Part shown: piece by piece, positions 26,004-34,677 of the stretch
How positions within the stretch are numbered: the first letter of the stretch is position 1
Layout: every line of letters starts with the position of its first letter
Origin: Dehalococcoidia bacterium
GTDB taxonomy: Bacteria; Chloroflexota; Dehalococcoidia; SHYD01; SHYC01
Reading direction: 5' to 3'
Length of the DNA stretch: 34,677 nucleotides
NCBI GenBank assembly: GCA_009693005.1
Contig: SHYC01000002.1
Location: 1 to 34,677 of the forward strand
Notes under the pieces: model-generated
The model's input: the letters and a program-made list of their open reading frames with translations, nothing else
What the model was told of the DNA's origin: nothing
The model's database searches: none
Position numbers and translations under genes: made by a program

Positions 26004-28619
26004 TTACAGCCTTCTATCCCTACCCGGGAGCCAGCTAGCAAGATCGTCCTTGTTTCGCTCCAGCCACTTAACGTTTAGCCTTATTCGCTCCAGAGACTGC
26101 TGGACTGAACGTGTGGCCGCCGGTGTTGGATGTGCTTTGAAAAACTCCTCAACATCGGCTGCTCTCTCCGCCGTGGAAAAACCGCCGGTGAAGCCCACCA
26201 GGTTGGTTATGGCAAAGCCGCCTTTACCATAACGGCGGTCGAACTCGTCCCAGTTGTTCTTGACGAATTCCCAGGCCATATCCCGACCGATTCGGTTGCC
26301 TGCGACGGAGGTGACAACCGTAATCGTATCCTGGCTGCGCACATTCGCAGATAGAGAATATTCTAAAGTACGCCTCAACAGCTCAGGCTGAGGGAACCTG
26401 GCCAGTGCCCTGAGGAGGCGGAGCTTCTCCTCTTGCAACTCGGTGCGTTTCTCCAACTCCGAGATGGTATCATAGGTAGACTTGTCACCAGTCTGGCCGG
26501 CCAAGCCCAGCACCACGCCTCGAAGGTCAGGATGTAATGAGGAGGGGTCCGTTAGATACCTTTGGAAGCGCCCTTTAGCCTCTGCCACTACTTTGGGATC
26601 GCCATACCAGCCCGCCTGACCTAGGACAATGCTGCGACGCAATGAGTCAAGGTGGCCCTCATTGGGCTTGGGGTCCCAACCCACCTTTTCTGCGATCTTC
26701 CTAAAAATGCTCCTTCCCAGCTTATCAAAGTCAGGCAAGGACGCTTCTTTAAGGATCATGATTTCAATGCCGCCGAGGTTAGCGGACAGATCTCCCAACA
26801 CCGTGGCATCCATCTCATTGTCGTACGCTTCGGCTAGCGACAAGAAATGGGTTGCCGACATGTAGCCGGCTCTGGCAAGGGCGTATGTGTCGCCCTGAAG
26901 ACCCAACCGGTCAATGGCCGGCAGATCCCCGCGACTTACCGAAGTCCGCAGTTTATCAAACTCTTTGGAGTCATACCTAACGCGGTAGAAGCCGCTTTGC
27001 CCAGCGTTTGCTTTCAACCAGTCCTGAAGTATGTGGTAATCTTCCACCACGGCGGATGGGACATCTCGCTGTGTCATTAAGAAATTGGTCTGCGGCTTTG
27101 ATCCACGCCGTATTATTCCAACAGGGATCTGCCACAGAGCTTCATCCAGCTCTGTTTTTGCGTTCAGTATGTGTTCGTATAGAAACCTGTGTTGGCCGTA
27201 GAGGAAATAGGCCTGTCCATTGGCGGTGAACATGTCGACCTTGACCAGCGGGTATCCGGTCTGCTTTACCCATGACTCCATGATGTCCGCGACCCTTTGC
27301 CTTGACGCTCCTTCTAGAGCGCTCCAGAGGTCCTCAGTACGGGCGTTGGCATATTGATGGCCGGAGATGTAAGCCTGGAGCCCTTTTCTAAAGGGGCCTT
27401 CCCCAAGGAATCCCTCCAACATGCGGAGGACCGAGCCGCCCTTACTGTAGCTGATAGCATCAAAGATCTCGCCAATTTGCGCGGGATTTTGCACCGGCAC
27501 TTCTATCGGGTGAGAGTTCCTGAGGCCGTCCAGCCCCAAGCCGGCGTTAAGGTGCTGCGATACGAACTGGGTCCACATGTTCCACTCCGGATACAGGTGG
27601 TCCATCGCCTTGCAGGCCATCCAGGATGCAAAGCTCTCATTTAGCCAGAGGTTGTCCCACCATTCCATAGTCACCAGGTCGCCAAACCACATGTGGGCCA
27701 TCTCATGGGCCACCACCTCCGTTACGCGCTGCCTCGTGTTGGCGGCGGAGTTCTCAGGGTCGTATAGCAAGGCTGTCTCTCGATAGGTGATAGCTCCCCA
27801 GTTCTCCATCGCTCCGGCGGCAAAGTCTGGGATGGCGATGTGGTCCAGTTTTGGCAGCGGATAGGGTACCCCAAAATAGTCGTTATAATAAGACAACAGC
27901 TTAACGGAGGTCTCCAGGGCGAGGCGCCCCTGCTCCTCTTTGCCTCTGGTAGTATACACCCTGATCAGAGTGTCGTTGGCAGCGGTGGCCTCTATATAAG
28001 AGAACTCTCCCACAATAAAGGCCAGGAGGTACGTTGACATAGCAGGACTGATGGCAAACCGCACCGTCTTCGTGCCGCCGAAATTATTAGTTTCACTTTC
28101 GACGGGCATGTTGGAGAGGGCATCCAGCTCCGCGGGCACCAGCAAACTGATCCGGAACTTGGCCTTGATTGCGGGCTCATCCCAGCAGGGGAAAGCTCGG
28201 CGAGCATCTGTGGCCTCGAACTGGGTGGTGGCCAGATAGTACTGCCGGCCGTTCGGACCGGTGTACCTGCTGCGGTAAAATCCCCGGAGCTGCTCGGCAA
28301 GGACCCCTGCAAATCCGATACCCAACCTCGCACGGCCGGGAGATAGAGACTGGCCAAAAGATAGCGTAACAGTCTCAGAGTCCTTGTCAAAAGAGATATC
28401 AGTGGCTTTCAGCTCGCTGCGGTCTGCAAATGTGAGTTCACAGTGGGTTATTTCAAGATCAAGAGAGTGGAGGACTATCGTGTCGGTACTCTCTTTTATC
28501 TCTATTATTATATTCTCGTCACCTCTGAAGGTAAGATTGGTGAGGTCTGGAGCCATAGTTATGGCGTAAGTTTCTGGTCTCACGGAGGTGGGCAGTCTAA
28601 CCTCGACGGGAGTAGTCAT
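26004..28619 (-). CDS. M1-family zinc aminopeptidase (aminopeptidase N-like, with ERAP1-like C-terminal domain)
   Basis: Exopeptidase motif GAMENWG and gluzincin HEMAHMWFGD..x18..WLNESFA. 871 aa. Confidence 0.95.
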   Translation of the reverse strand: MTTPVEVRLPTSVRPETYAITMAPDLTNLTFRGDENIIIEIKESTDTIVLHSLDLEITHCELTFADRSELKATDISFDKDSETVTLSFGQSLSPGRARLGIGFAGVLAEQLRGFYRSRYTGPNGRQYYLATTQFEATDARRAFPCWDEPAIKAKFRISLLVPAELDALSNMPVESETNNFGGTKTVRFAISPAMSTYLLAFIVGEFSYIEATAANDTLIRVYTTRGKEEQGRLALETSVKLLSYYNDYFGVPYPLPKLDHIAIPDFAAGAMENWGAITYRETALLYDPENSAANTRQRVTEVVAHEMAHMWFGDLVTMEWWDNLWLNESFASWMACKAMDHLYPEWNMWTQFVSQHLNAGLGLDGLRNSHPIEVPVQNPAQIGEIFDAISYSKGGSVLRMLEGFLGEGPFRKGLQAYISGHQYANARTEDLWSALEGASRQRVADIMESWVKQTGYPLVKVDMFTANGQAYFLYGQHRFLYEHILNAKTELDEALWQIPVGIIRRGSKPQTNFLMTQRDVPSAVVEDYHILQDWLKANAGQSGFYRVRYDSKEFDKLRTSVSRGDLPAIDRLGLQGDTYALARAGYMSATHFLSLAEAYDNEMDATVLGDLSANLGGIEIMILKEASLPDFDKLGRSIFRKIAEKVGWDPKPNEGHLDSLRRSIVLGQAGWYGDPKVVAEAKGRFQRYLTDPSSLHPDLRGVVLGLAGQTGDKSTYDTISELEKRTELQEEKLRLLRALARFPQPELLRRTLEYSLSANVRSQDTITVVTSVAGNRIGRDMAWEFVKNNWDEFDRRYGKGGFAITNLVGFTGGFSTAERAADVEEFFKAHPTPAATRSVQQSLERIRLNVKWLERNKDDLASWLPGRDRRL

Positions 28620-28824
28620 CTCTTTTCGTTACTCACTTCCTTCTATGTTCTCTTATGTTTACCGACCATTAGTAGGGCTTACCGGGAAGATAAACAGAGT
28701 AATAATAAAAGATTATAACATATTCAGAGGCATTATAAGCGCCAGCCGCGCGCACGGGATATGTGCTTCGTTCGGGGAAATAAGAAAGCTATTGCGAGCA
28801 TTTGTAGGAGTGTATGATAGCTGA

Positions 28825-30999
28825 CTAACCTGAAACATCCGGCTGGCTTTTCATGGACAGGGCTATTCGCCTTCGTTCCACGTCCACGTTAAGCACCGTG
28901 ACTGTGACACGCTGATGGACTTTCACGACTTCGTTGGGGTCTTTTGTGAAGCGGTCGGAAAGCTGGCTGATGTGCACCAGCCCGTCCTGGTGCACTCCTA
29001 CGTCAACAAAAGCGCCGAAGGCTGTGACGTTGGTGACCATTCCTGGAAGCCTCATTCCCGGCTTCAGGTCTTTGATCTCCTTTACATTCTCATCGAAGCT
29101 GAAGTTCTCAAACTGAGGACGAGGGTCGCGGCCGGGCTTGGCTAGCTCTTCCATGATGTCGTTTAGAGTTGGCAGTCCCACCTTTCCGTTTACATAGTCC
29201 TTGAGGTTGATTTTGCCGCGCAGCCCCACATCCCGCACCAGGTCCTCGACTTCGCAGTCCAAAGAGCCTGCCATGGCCTCGACAATATCATAGCTCTCCG
29301 GATGGACCGCGCTGTTGTCCAGGGGGTGCTTTCCGTTTCGTATGCGGAGGAACCCGGCGGCCTGCTCGAAGGCCTTCGGCCCGAACCTGGGGACTTTCGT
29401 GAGCTCTTTTCTGGACTTAAAGGGGCCGTTATGGTTGCGATAGTCCAGGATAGCTTTGGCGAGCTGTGGCCCAAGCCCCGAGACGTAGGAGAGGAGCTGC
29501 TTGCTTGCCGTGTTCACGTCCACGCCCACGGCATTGACGCAGCTTATCACCGTGTCGTCCAGCGAACCCTTCAGCCTTTTCTGGTCTACGTCGTGCTGGT
29601 ATTGGCCCACCCCGATGGACTTCGGGTCTATCTTCACCAGCTCCGCCAGCGGGTCCATGAGACGCCGTCCGATGGATACCGCACCGCGTACCGTCACGTC
29701 CTGGTCCGGGAACTCGTCCCGCGCCACATCGGAGGCGGAATAGACCGACGCGCCGCTCTCGTTTACCATAACCAACGGTATGGCCTTGTCCAGGTCGAGG
29801 GAGCGGACGAAAGCCTCTGCCTCCCTGCCACCCGTGCCGTTCCCCACGGCTATCGCCTCGATTTGGAAATGTTTACATAGAGCCAGGATGACCTTGGCTC
29901 CTTCGTCTGAGCGCCTTTCGCCGTGATGCAGGTATATGACGTCGTGGTGCAGCAGCCCGCCCTGTTGGTCCATGCATACAACCTTGCAGCCCGTCCTTAT
30001 GCCCGGGTCTATGGCTAGCAACTTCTTTTGCCCCAGGGGAGGCGCAAGAAGCAGTTGACGCAGGTTATCGGCAAATACCTGGATAGCCACCCTGTCTGCT
30101 CGCTCTTTGATGCTGTTCCGCGTCTCGGTCTCGATGGAGGGGGCCAGGAGGCGTTTATAGCCGTCCTGCACCGCCGTCCTGACCATCTCGGATGCCGGGC
30201 CTGTTCCCTTAATAAACATCCTATCCAGAATAGCCAGGGCTTCTTCTTCGGGCGGGCCGATGTGCAGAGACAGCACAGACTCTTCGTCTGCCCGCAGCAT
30301 CGCCAGCACCCGGTGCGACGGCGCCTTGTCCAGCGGCTCCTCCCAGTCGAAGTAGTCCTGGTATTTGGCGGCTTCAGCCTCTTTTCCTGGAGTCACCTTG
30401 GTCTTAAGCGTCCCTTTTGATAAGAACAGCTCTCTGGTCCGTCCTCGGGCATTCGCGTCCTCACTCACCATCTCCGCGATAATATCCCTTGCGCCCGCCA
30501 GAGCATCCTCGACGCTATTCACGCCTTTCTCCGGGTCAATATATGACTGTGCCGCGGTCAGGAAGTCATCTATGTTCTGGTTCCAGAGTAACTGCGCTAA
30601 CGGCTCCAAGCCCCTCTCTTTGGCTATCGTAGCTCTGGTGCGGCGTTTTGGCCGGTACGGAAGGTAAACGTCCTCCAGGACTGCCATAGTCTCTGCCGCA
30701 AGGACCTGTGTCTTCAGCTCTTCTGTCAGAAGCTCTCTTTCCTCCAGCGAGGCCAGGATAGCTTCCTGCCGCTTGCTCAGCTCTCTGAGGCGGGCCAGAA
30801 GGTCTCTTATCGACGTGATCGCGACCTCATCGAGGCTTCCTGTGACCTCTTTACGGTACCGCGAGATGAAGGGCACGGTCGCGCCATCGTCCAAAAGCGC
30901 GGCGGTAGCGAGCACCTGCCATTTCTCCAGGCCAAGCTCCCTCGAGATCTTTTCGATATGCTGTAGCTCGGTTAACGGGGCTTCTATAGTTGTCGTCAT
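28825..30999 (-). CDS. tex: Tex-like transcription accessory protein (YqgF/HhH/S1 domains)
   Basis: N-terminal GATVPFISRYRKEVTG, central YqgF-like LAIDPGIRTGCK, a HhH region, and a C-terminal S1 domain (GMVTNVTAFGAFVDVGVHQDGLVHISQL). Confidence 0.95.
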   Translation of the reverse strand: MTTTIEAPLTELQHIEKISRELGLEKWQVLATAALLDDGATVPFISRYRKEVTGSLDEVAITSIRDLLARLRELSKRQEAILASLEERELLTEELKTQVLAAETMAVLEDVYLPYRPKRRTRATIAKERGLEPLAQLLWNQNIDDFLTAAQSYIDPEKGVNSVEDALAGARDIIAEMVSEDANARGRTRELFLSKGTLKTKVTPGKEAEAAKYQDYFDWEEPLDKAPSHRVLAMLRADEESVLSLHIGPPEEEALAILDRMFIKGTGPASEMVRTAVQDGYKRLLAPSIETETRNSIKERADRVAIQVFADNLRQLLLAPPLGQKKLLAIDPGIRTGCKVVCMDQQGGLLHHDVIYLHHGERRSDEGAKVILALCKHFQIEAIAVGNGTGGREAEAFVRSLDLDKAIPLVMVNESGASVYSASDVARDEFPDQDVTVRGAVSIGRRLMDPLAELVKIDPKSIGVGQYQHDVDQKRLKGSLDDTVISCVNAVGVDVNTASKQLLSYVSGLGPQLAKAILDYRNHNGPFKSRKELTKVPRFGPKAFEQAAGFLRIRNGKHPLDNSAVHPESYDIVEAMAGSLDCEVEDLVRDVGLRGKINLKDYVNGKVGLPTLNDIMEELAKPGRDPRPQFENFSFDENVKEIKDLKPGMRLPGMVTNVTAFGAFVDVGVHQDGLVHISQLSDRFTKDPNEVVKVHQRVTVTVLNVDVERRRIALSMKSQPDVSG

Positions 31000-31191
31000 A
31001 GCTCTTTACTCAAAGTTTATTGATAATTGAAATAAATCATGATTATATTGTAACTTGTCGGAAACGATGTCTACTGTTCATAAACAAGGAAAGCCCTGCT
31101 TCTGTTTCATCCAAATGAATAAATCTGTTGTATGATTGCTCAGGGATATAATGCGTAAATGTGCCGCCACACTTATTTCAGGATCCTGTCT

Positions 31192-32091
31192 ATGAAAATC
31201 GCAGCATGGCTCGCAATATTAATATGGGTTTCATTCGCGGCGCTGATCGCCGGCTGCGCCGCGCGCCAAGAAGTCATTCTGTCTCCTGTGTCTCAGACAG
31301 TCGTAGGAACACGGCGTGTCGAATCGACTGCAGCCCTCAGCCTTACAGCCACCTCTGCAAGCATCCCATCTACTCCCACGCCAAGTCCAACGCCGGTCCC
31401 CAGTCCTACTCCTAACCTAAGGCCGCCTGAAATACCCACCGTGATGTCACAGCCCGTTCTCCAGGCCGTTCAGGTTGATTCTGATGAAATCTCTCGCGGC
31501 GACCCAGGTAGTCCATGGATAAGCCTCGTCTTTAACGCGGGCGCTGGCTTCCAGCCGGGAACCTCGATTCTGGACGTGCTGAGAGAAAGAGGGGTGCGTA
31601 CCACCTTTTTCCTGATGGGCTGGTGGGCCGACCGGCAGCCGGAGCTTGTCCGACGGATCGCCGACGAGGGACATGAGATCGCCAGCCACGGCTACGAAGT
31701 GTTTGATCTCACGCAGGTATCAGACGCAGATGTCATCGGCGATCTTGAACACGCTGATAGCGTCCTCAAGGCGCTTACCGGCCGGACCACGAAGCCGCTG
31801 TGGAGTCCCTCCGCCGGCTACCGCGACGCCCGGGTCCGCAGCCTTGCCGCCTCTCTGGGCTACCGCACGATCTACTGGACGGTCGATAGCGGCGACTGGC
31901 GGGAGGATGCAACAGCCGCGGGAGTACGACAGCGGGTATTAGACGGCGCAGCAAACGGAGCGATCATAGTGATGCACTTCGACAGCTCCCGCACCGCCGA
32001 CACCATAGCCGCCGCGCTGCCGGGCATCATCGACGAATTACGAGCGAGAGGCTACCGGCTGGTAACGATCAGTGAGCTAATCAGCGGATAA
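31192..32091 (+). CDS. Lipoprotein with Pro/Thr/Ser linker and NodB-homology (polysaccharide deacetylase) domain, catalytic motifs degenerate
   Basis: The signal peptide + lipobox MKIAAWLAILIWVSFAALIAGC begins at ATG 31192; the ORF track's ATG 31159 adds 11 non-signal residues. NodB-like TTFFLMGWW..PELVRRIADEGHEIASHG, VDSGDW and IIVMHFD are present. However, motif 1 is VFNAG rather than TFDDG. Confidence 0.85.
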   Translation: MKIAAWLAILIWVSFAALIAGCAARQEVILSPVSQTVVGTRRVESTAALSLTATSASIPSTPTPSPTPVPSPTPNLRPPEIPTVMSQPVLQAVQVDSDEISRGDPGSPWISLVFNAGAGFQPGTSILDVLRERGVRTTFFLMGWWADRQPELVRRIADEGHEIASHGYEVFDLTQVSDADVIGDLEHADSVLKALTGRTTKPLWSPSAGYRDARVRSLAASLGYRTIYWTVDSGDWREDATAAGVRQRVLDGAANGAIIVMHFDSSRTADTIAAALPGIIDELRARGYRLVTISELISG

Positions 32092-32141
32092 TTAAAGCAG
32101 CTAATCGTACACAAAGAGCCACCGGCGAGCAGAAAAGCCCC

Positions 32142-33011
32142 TTAGCGTGCTGCATACGCGGGTACGTGTCGCCCGACGAAGTCCTTCATGAGTGCAAGAG
32201 CGCGGTCGGCGTCGGCCCCTGGGGCTCGAGCGAAGCCATGTGGAGCGCCAGGGAACCACTCTATCTCAACAGGGCCTCCAGCGCTGCGGTACGCGGCTAC
32301 GAATCGCCTGGGTATATCCTCCGGAATATTGTCATCAGCAGTCCCTTGGAGAACCAGGATTGGGGGCTTTTGCACCGTCTCGCCGCGCTCAAGAATAAAC
32401 TGAGGACTGCTCTCCCTCATGCATTCTTCGGTCAAAAAGTAGCCTTCGGTCAACGTCGCCAGACGCTCCAGTCCACGTTCTTGAGCGTAGAGGTAGCGGG
32501 CGTAGGGGTCCAACACGGGGAAAAGCGCCAGGATATATCCAAGGGTTGCGTCCGCGTTTGGGTCTTCCTCCAGAGGAAGCGCGCTATATCGCGCGTCCCT
32601 GGGTCTCATGGCGCTCAAGACCACCGTGTGCCCACCACTTGAAAAGCCAAGCGCCCCTACCGAGTCTCGGTCAGCGTTTAGCTCGCCCGCATGAGCCTTG
32701 AGCCATCGAGTGGCGTAGTTTACGTAAACCACCTGCGCTGGATAAGGATACTGGGGAGCGAGGCGAAAATCAATAGCCGCGACAACAATCCCGCTGCCGG
32801 CAAGGCTATGATCGATCGACTCATTGCGCTTCCGGTCGCCTCCGGTCCATACGCCTCCATGAACCTCCAATAGCAGCGGGAAGGGACCGACCCCCTGTGG
32901 CTGGTACACCCGAGCCATCAAGTGTTCTTCATCTATGTTCCTATACTCAACATCCCAGGTCCTGACATCAAACCGCCCTTCAGTATCTGTATTTGTGGCT
33001 GTCTCGGTCAC
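32142..33011 (-). CDS. Alpha/beta hydrolase (hormone-sensitive-lipase-like esterase family)
   Basis: Oxyanion HGGVW, nucleophile elbow GFSSGG, late DDNIP and GAPHGF. GTG start behind GGAGGAGG. Confidence 0.88.
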   Translation of the reverse strand: MTETATNTDTEGRFDVRTWDVEYRNIDEEHLMARVYQPQGVGPFPLLLEVHGGVWTGGDRKRNESIDHSLAGSGIVVAAIDFRLAPQYPYPAQVVYVNYATRWLKAHAGELNADRDSVGALGFSSGGHTVVLSAMRPRDARYSALPLEEDPNADATLGYILALFPVLDPYARYLYAQERGLERLATLTEGYFLTEECMRESSPQFILERGETVQKPPILVLQGTADDNIPEDIPRRFVAAYRSAGGPVEIEWFPGAPHGFARAPGADADRALALMKDFVGRHVPAYAAR

Positions 33012-33176
33012 TACACTTACCTCCTCCGAGAAAATTACTCGCTATATAACCCTACCGAATCGATATCTGGCTCCAGGTGCTCCTTGGCCTCGCCACCTTT
33101 TAGAAGACGACCGCGACGGGCTGGGACAAGCCACAGCCCCTACGTCGGTGTTTGTACCGCCATGCGCGCGCCCAAC

Positions 33177-33276
33177 TGTCATTCTGAAGGAGTTCGCGAC
33201 TAAAGAATCTCGTTGCTCTCGCACTCTAGGGCCATAACGGATGTGGAACGGATTCTTCGCTGCGGCTCAGAATGAC
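33177..33276. repeat. Nested palindromic miniature repeat, copy B (same GTCATTCTGAR..AAGAATCY units as 13485-13559)
   Basis: Arms gtcattctga (33178-33187) / tcagaatgac (33267-33276), with inner aagaatc (33203-33209) / gattctt (33251-33257). The right half read on the minus strand is gtcattctgagccgcagcgaagaatccg. It starts 9 nt after the TPR gene stop. Confidence 0.55.
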
Positions 33277-33285
33277 GGTGGCGTA

Positions 33286-34677
33286 TTACGCTTTCAGGAA
33301 CCCCTTATGCCGCAGCGCCCGCTCCAGGGACGGCTGCATCTTCATCTCCGTGAACTCCCCGATGGCGAAGTCCAGGTGTTCCATAGCCTCCTTGCGACTT
33401 ACGACTTGCTCACCCGCCCCTTGTAGCAGCAGCTCCGCAAGCTGAAGGTGCGTGAGCGCGGCCTCCGGCCGGTGGCGCACCTTGGCGCGCACCTCCAAGG
33501 CCTGCTGGTAGTAGGCCCTGGCTTTCTCTTTATCCCCAAGCAGGGCCGCGGCGGCCCCCAGATCGCGGGCGATGCAGGTGAATTGTGGGCCCGATAGGAT
33601 TAAAGCGACTTTGCTTAGCCGTTGTGCAAGTAGTCTAGCCATCTCCAAGTCCTCCACCAGGACCGCTGTCTGGAGTAGCTCGCAGAGTATGTGCATCGGC
33701 ATCTCGTCTTCACCGGGACCCACCACCAACTGGGTAACCAACAGCCGAAAAACGCTCCGAGCCTCTTCAGTACGTCCGAGATGGGCCAGACAGAGAGCCC
33801 GACGGACCGCAACAAAAGCGGCCTCTTCCCCTCCGGGGGTCTGAGCTGCCTGAGGAAGGGTGGAGAGGGCTTCTTCTCCCCGGCCCAGGTATAACAGGGG
33901 CCTCAAGACGAGCGGCGATCGAAACTGCCTGCCTAGTACGGGTGCGCCAACTTCGTCGGCTCTGGTAACTAAGCGCTCTCCGGCCTCGACCGCGGCCTCC
34001 AGGCCGCCATCCAGTTTTAGGAGTTGGCCTTCAATTGTGAGTACCCGCAAAGAAGGGTCTGGGTCCTGGGTACGGCCCGATAGCTCGGTCAACTGGCGCA
34101 GCATCTCTTCAGCCCTTCCCCGCTCACCCCAGTCAAGGTAGGTCATTACGCTACTGAACAGCAGTTCGCCCTGCGTCCTAGCGCTCATTCCATCGCGGGG
34201 TCTTCGGCTAAGCTCTTCAACCAGTTTGAATCGCTGTTCCTGACGCCCCGGCGACCCAACGGCTGAACTTATGCGTCGACCTGCGGCCAATGCGAGAGCC
34301 TCCGGTTCATCCAGATCCATGGCCAGACCCAATGCGCTGTCATATAGTGCCGCGGCCTCACCGAAGCGCCCGCCAGCATGCCTGACATTTGCTAGGGCTA
34401 TGTCGGCGTACACACGGTCGGAACTATTTGGCAGTGCGTGGCGATCGGCCCGTTCCGCCCACTGGCCGTAAATCCGAGTTCCAGACATGGTCTGGATCCC
34501 GTTGCGGTGTAATCCAGCAATGGCTAATCGGCAGGCGCGCGAGCTACGCTGGCGGTCTTCCATGACCTCTGCTAGGGCCAGCGATTGCTCTGCCACCTCT
34601 TCTACTGCCCGCATAGGCTCTCCGGCAGGCATCAGGGCCTCCGCCAGGGCCAGCAGCAGGTCGCAGCGCTTCGTCTT
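33286..34677 (-). CDS. C-terminal TPR-like superhelical region of a large STAND-type (NTPase + TPR) signalling/regulatory protein; N-terminus outside the window
   Basis: The reading frame stays open upstream of the listed Met to the window edge (KTKRCDLLLALAEALMPAGEP..). It has Ala/Leu/Arg/Glu-rich repeated helix pairs (..AAALYDSALGLA.., ..KARAYYQQALEV.., ..AMEHLDFAIGEFTEMKMQPSLERA..). Stop at 33286. Confidence 0.8.
   Translation of the reverse strand, partial: KTKRCDLLLALAEALMPAGEPMRAVEEVAEQSLALAEVMEDRQRSSRACRLAIAGLHRNGIQTMSGTRIYGQWAERADRHALPNSSDRVYADIALANVRHAGGRFGEAAALYDSALGLAMDLDEPEALALAAGRRISSAVGSPGRQEQRFKLVEELSRRPRDGMSARTQGELLFSSVMTYLDWGERGRAEEMLRQLTELSGRTQDPDPSLRVLTIEGQLLKLDGGLEAAVEAGERLVTRADEVGAPVLGRQFRSPLVLRPLLYLGRGEEALSTLPQAAQTPGGEEAAFVAVRRALCLAHLGRTEEARSVFRLLVTQLVVGPGEDEMPMHILCELLQTAVLVEDLEMARLLAQRLSKVALILSGPQFTCIARDLGAAAALLGDKEKARAYYQQALEVRAKVRHRPEAALTHLQLAELLLQGAGEQVVSRKEAMEHLDFAIGEFTEMKMQPSLERALRHKGFLKA

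Noticed and set aside
25479-26232. 199-aa and 169-aa ORFs antisense to the PIG-L deacetylase / M1 peptidase junction
   Set aside because: These are antisense shadows of motif-supported genes, with Arg/Gly/His-rich sequences lacking any signature.
31159-31191. Upstream ATG (31159) as the start of the NodB lipoprotein
   Set aside because: It adds MCRHTYFRILS before an otherwise canonical lipoprotein signal peptide. ATG 31192 gives the standard n-h-c region plus lipobox.

Overview
This is a gene-dense (roughly 90% coding) 34.7-kb chromosomal segment from an aerobic bacterium. I cannot assign the taxon from sequence alone. The gene content and the small GC-rich intergenic palindromes remind me of Chloroflexota-type genomes, at low confidence. 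Left to right the window holds: the 3' end of groEL; an orphan 516-aa protein; an M16 peptidase; fumC; a polytopic membrane protein; gyrB; a complete caa3-type cytochrome c oxidase operon ctaCDEFG with a convergent SCO copper chaperone; and a GC-rich SNF2 (helZ-like) helicase + SWIM zinc-finger pair. Next comes a minus-strand operon encoding a CitE/HpcH acyl-CoA lyase, an inserted DUF4160/DUF2442 pair, a divergent succinyl-CoA-synthetase-like beta/alpha ligase, a mini-ferredoxin and DUF423. The rest is an MBL hydrolase, Nudix, PIG-L deacetylase, M1 aminopeptidase, Tex, a NodB-type lipoprotein with degenerate catalytic motifs, an alpha/beta hydrolase, and the C-terminal TPR part of a large STAND-like protein that runs off the right edge. 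I saw no rRNA, tRNA, CRISPR array, transposase or integrase. Nothing matches a named defence or mobile system that I recognise. The best candidates for something under-described are: (i) the SNF2+SWIM module; (ii) the ligase+lyase operon, whose substrate (malate, citrate or other) is unresolved and which carries three foreign insertions; (iii) the TA-like DUF4160/DUF2442 cassette inside that operon; (iv) the orphan 516-aa protein; (v) at least three families of miniature palindromic intergenic repeats. All functional calls come from motif recognition by eye and GC values are hand counts of short samples. No database search was possible.
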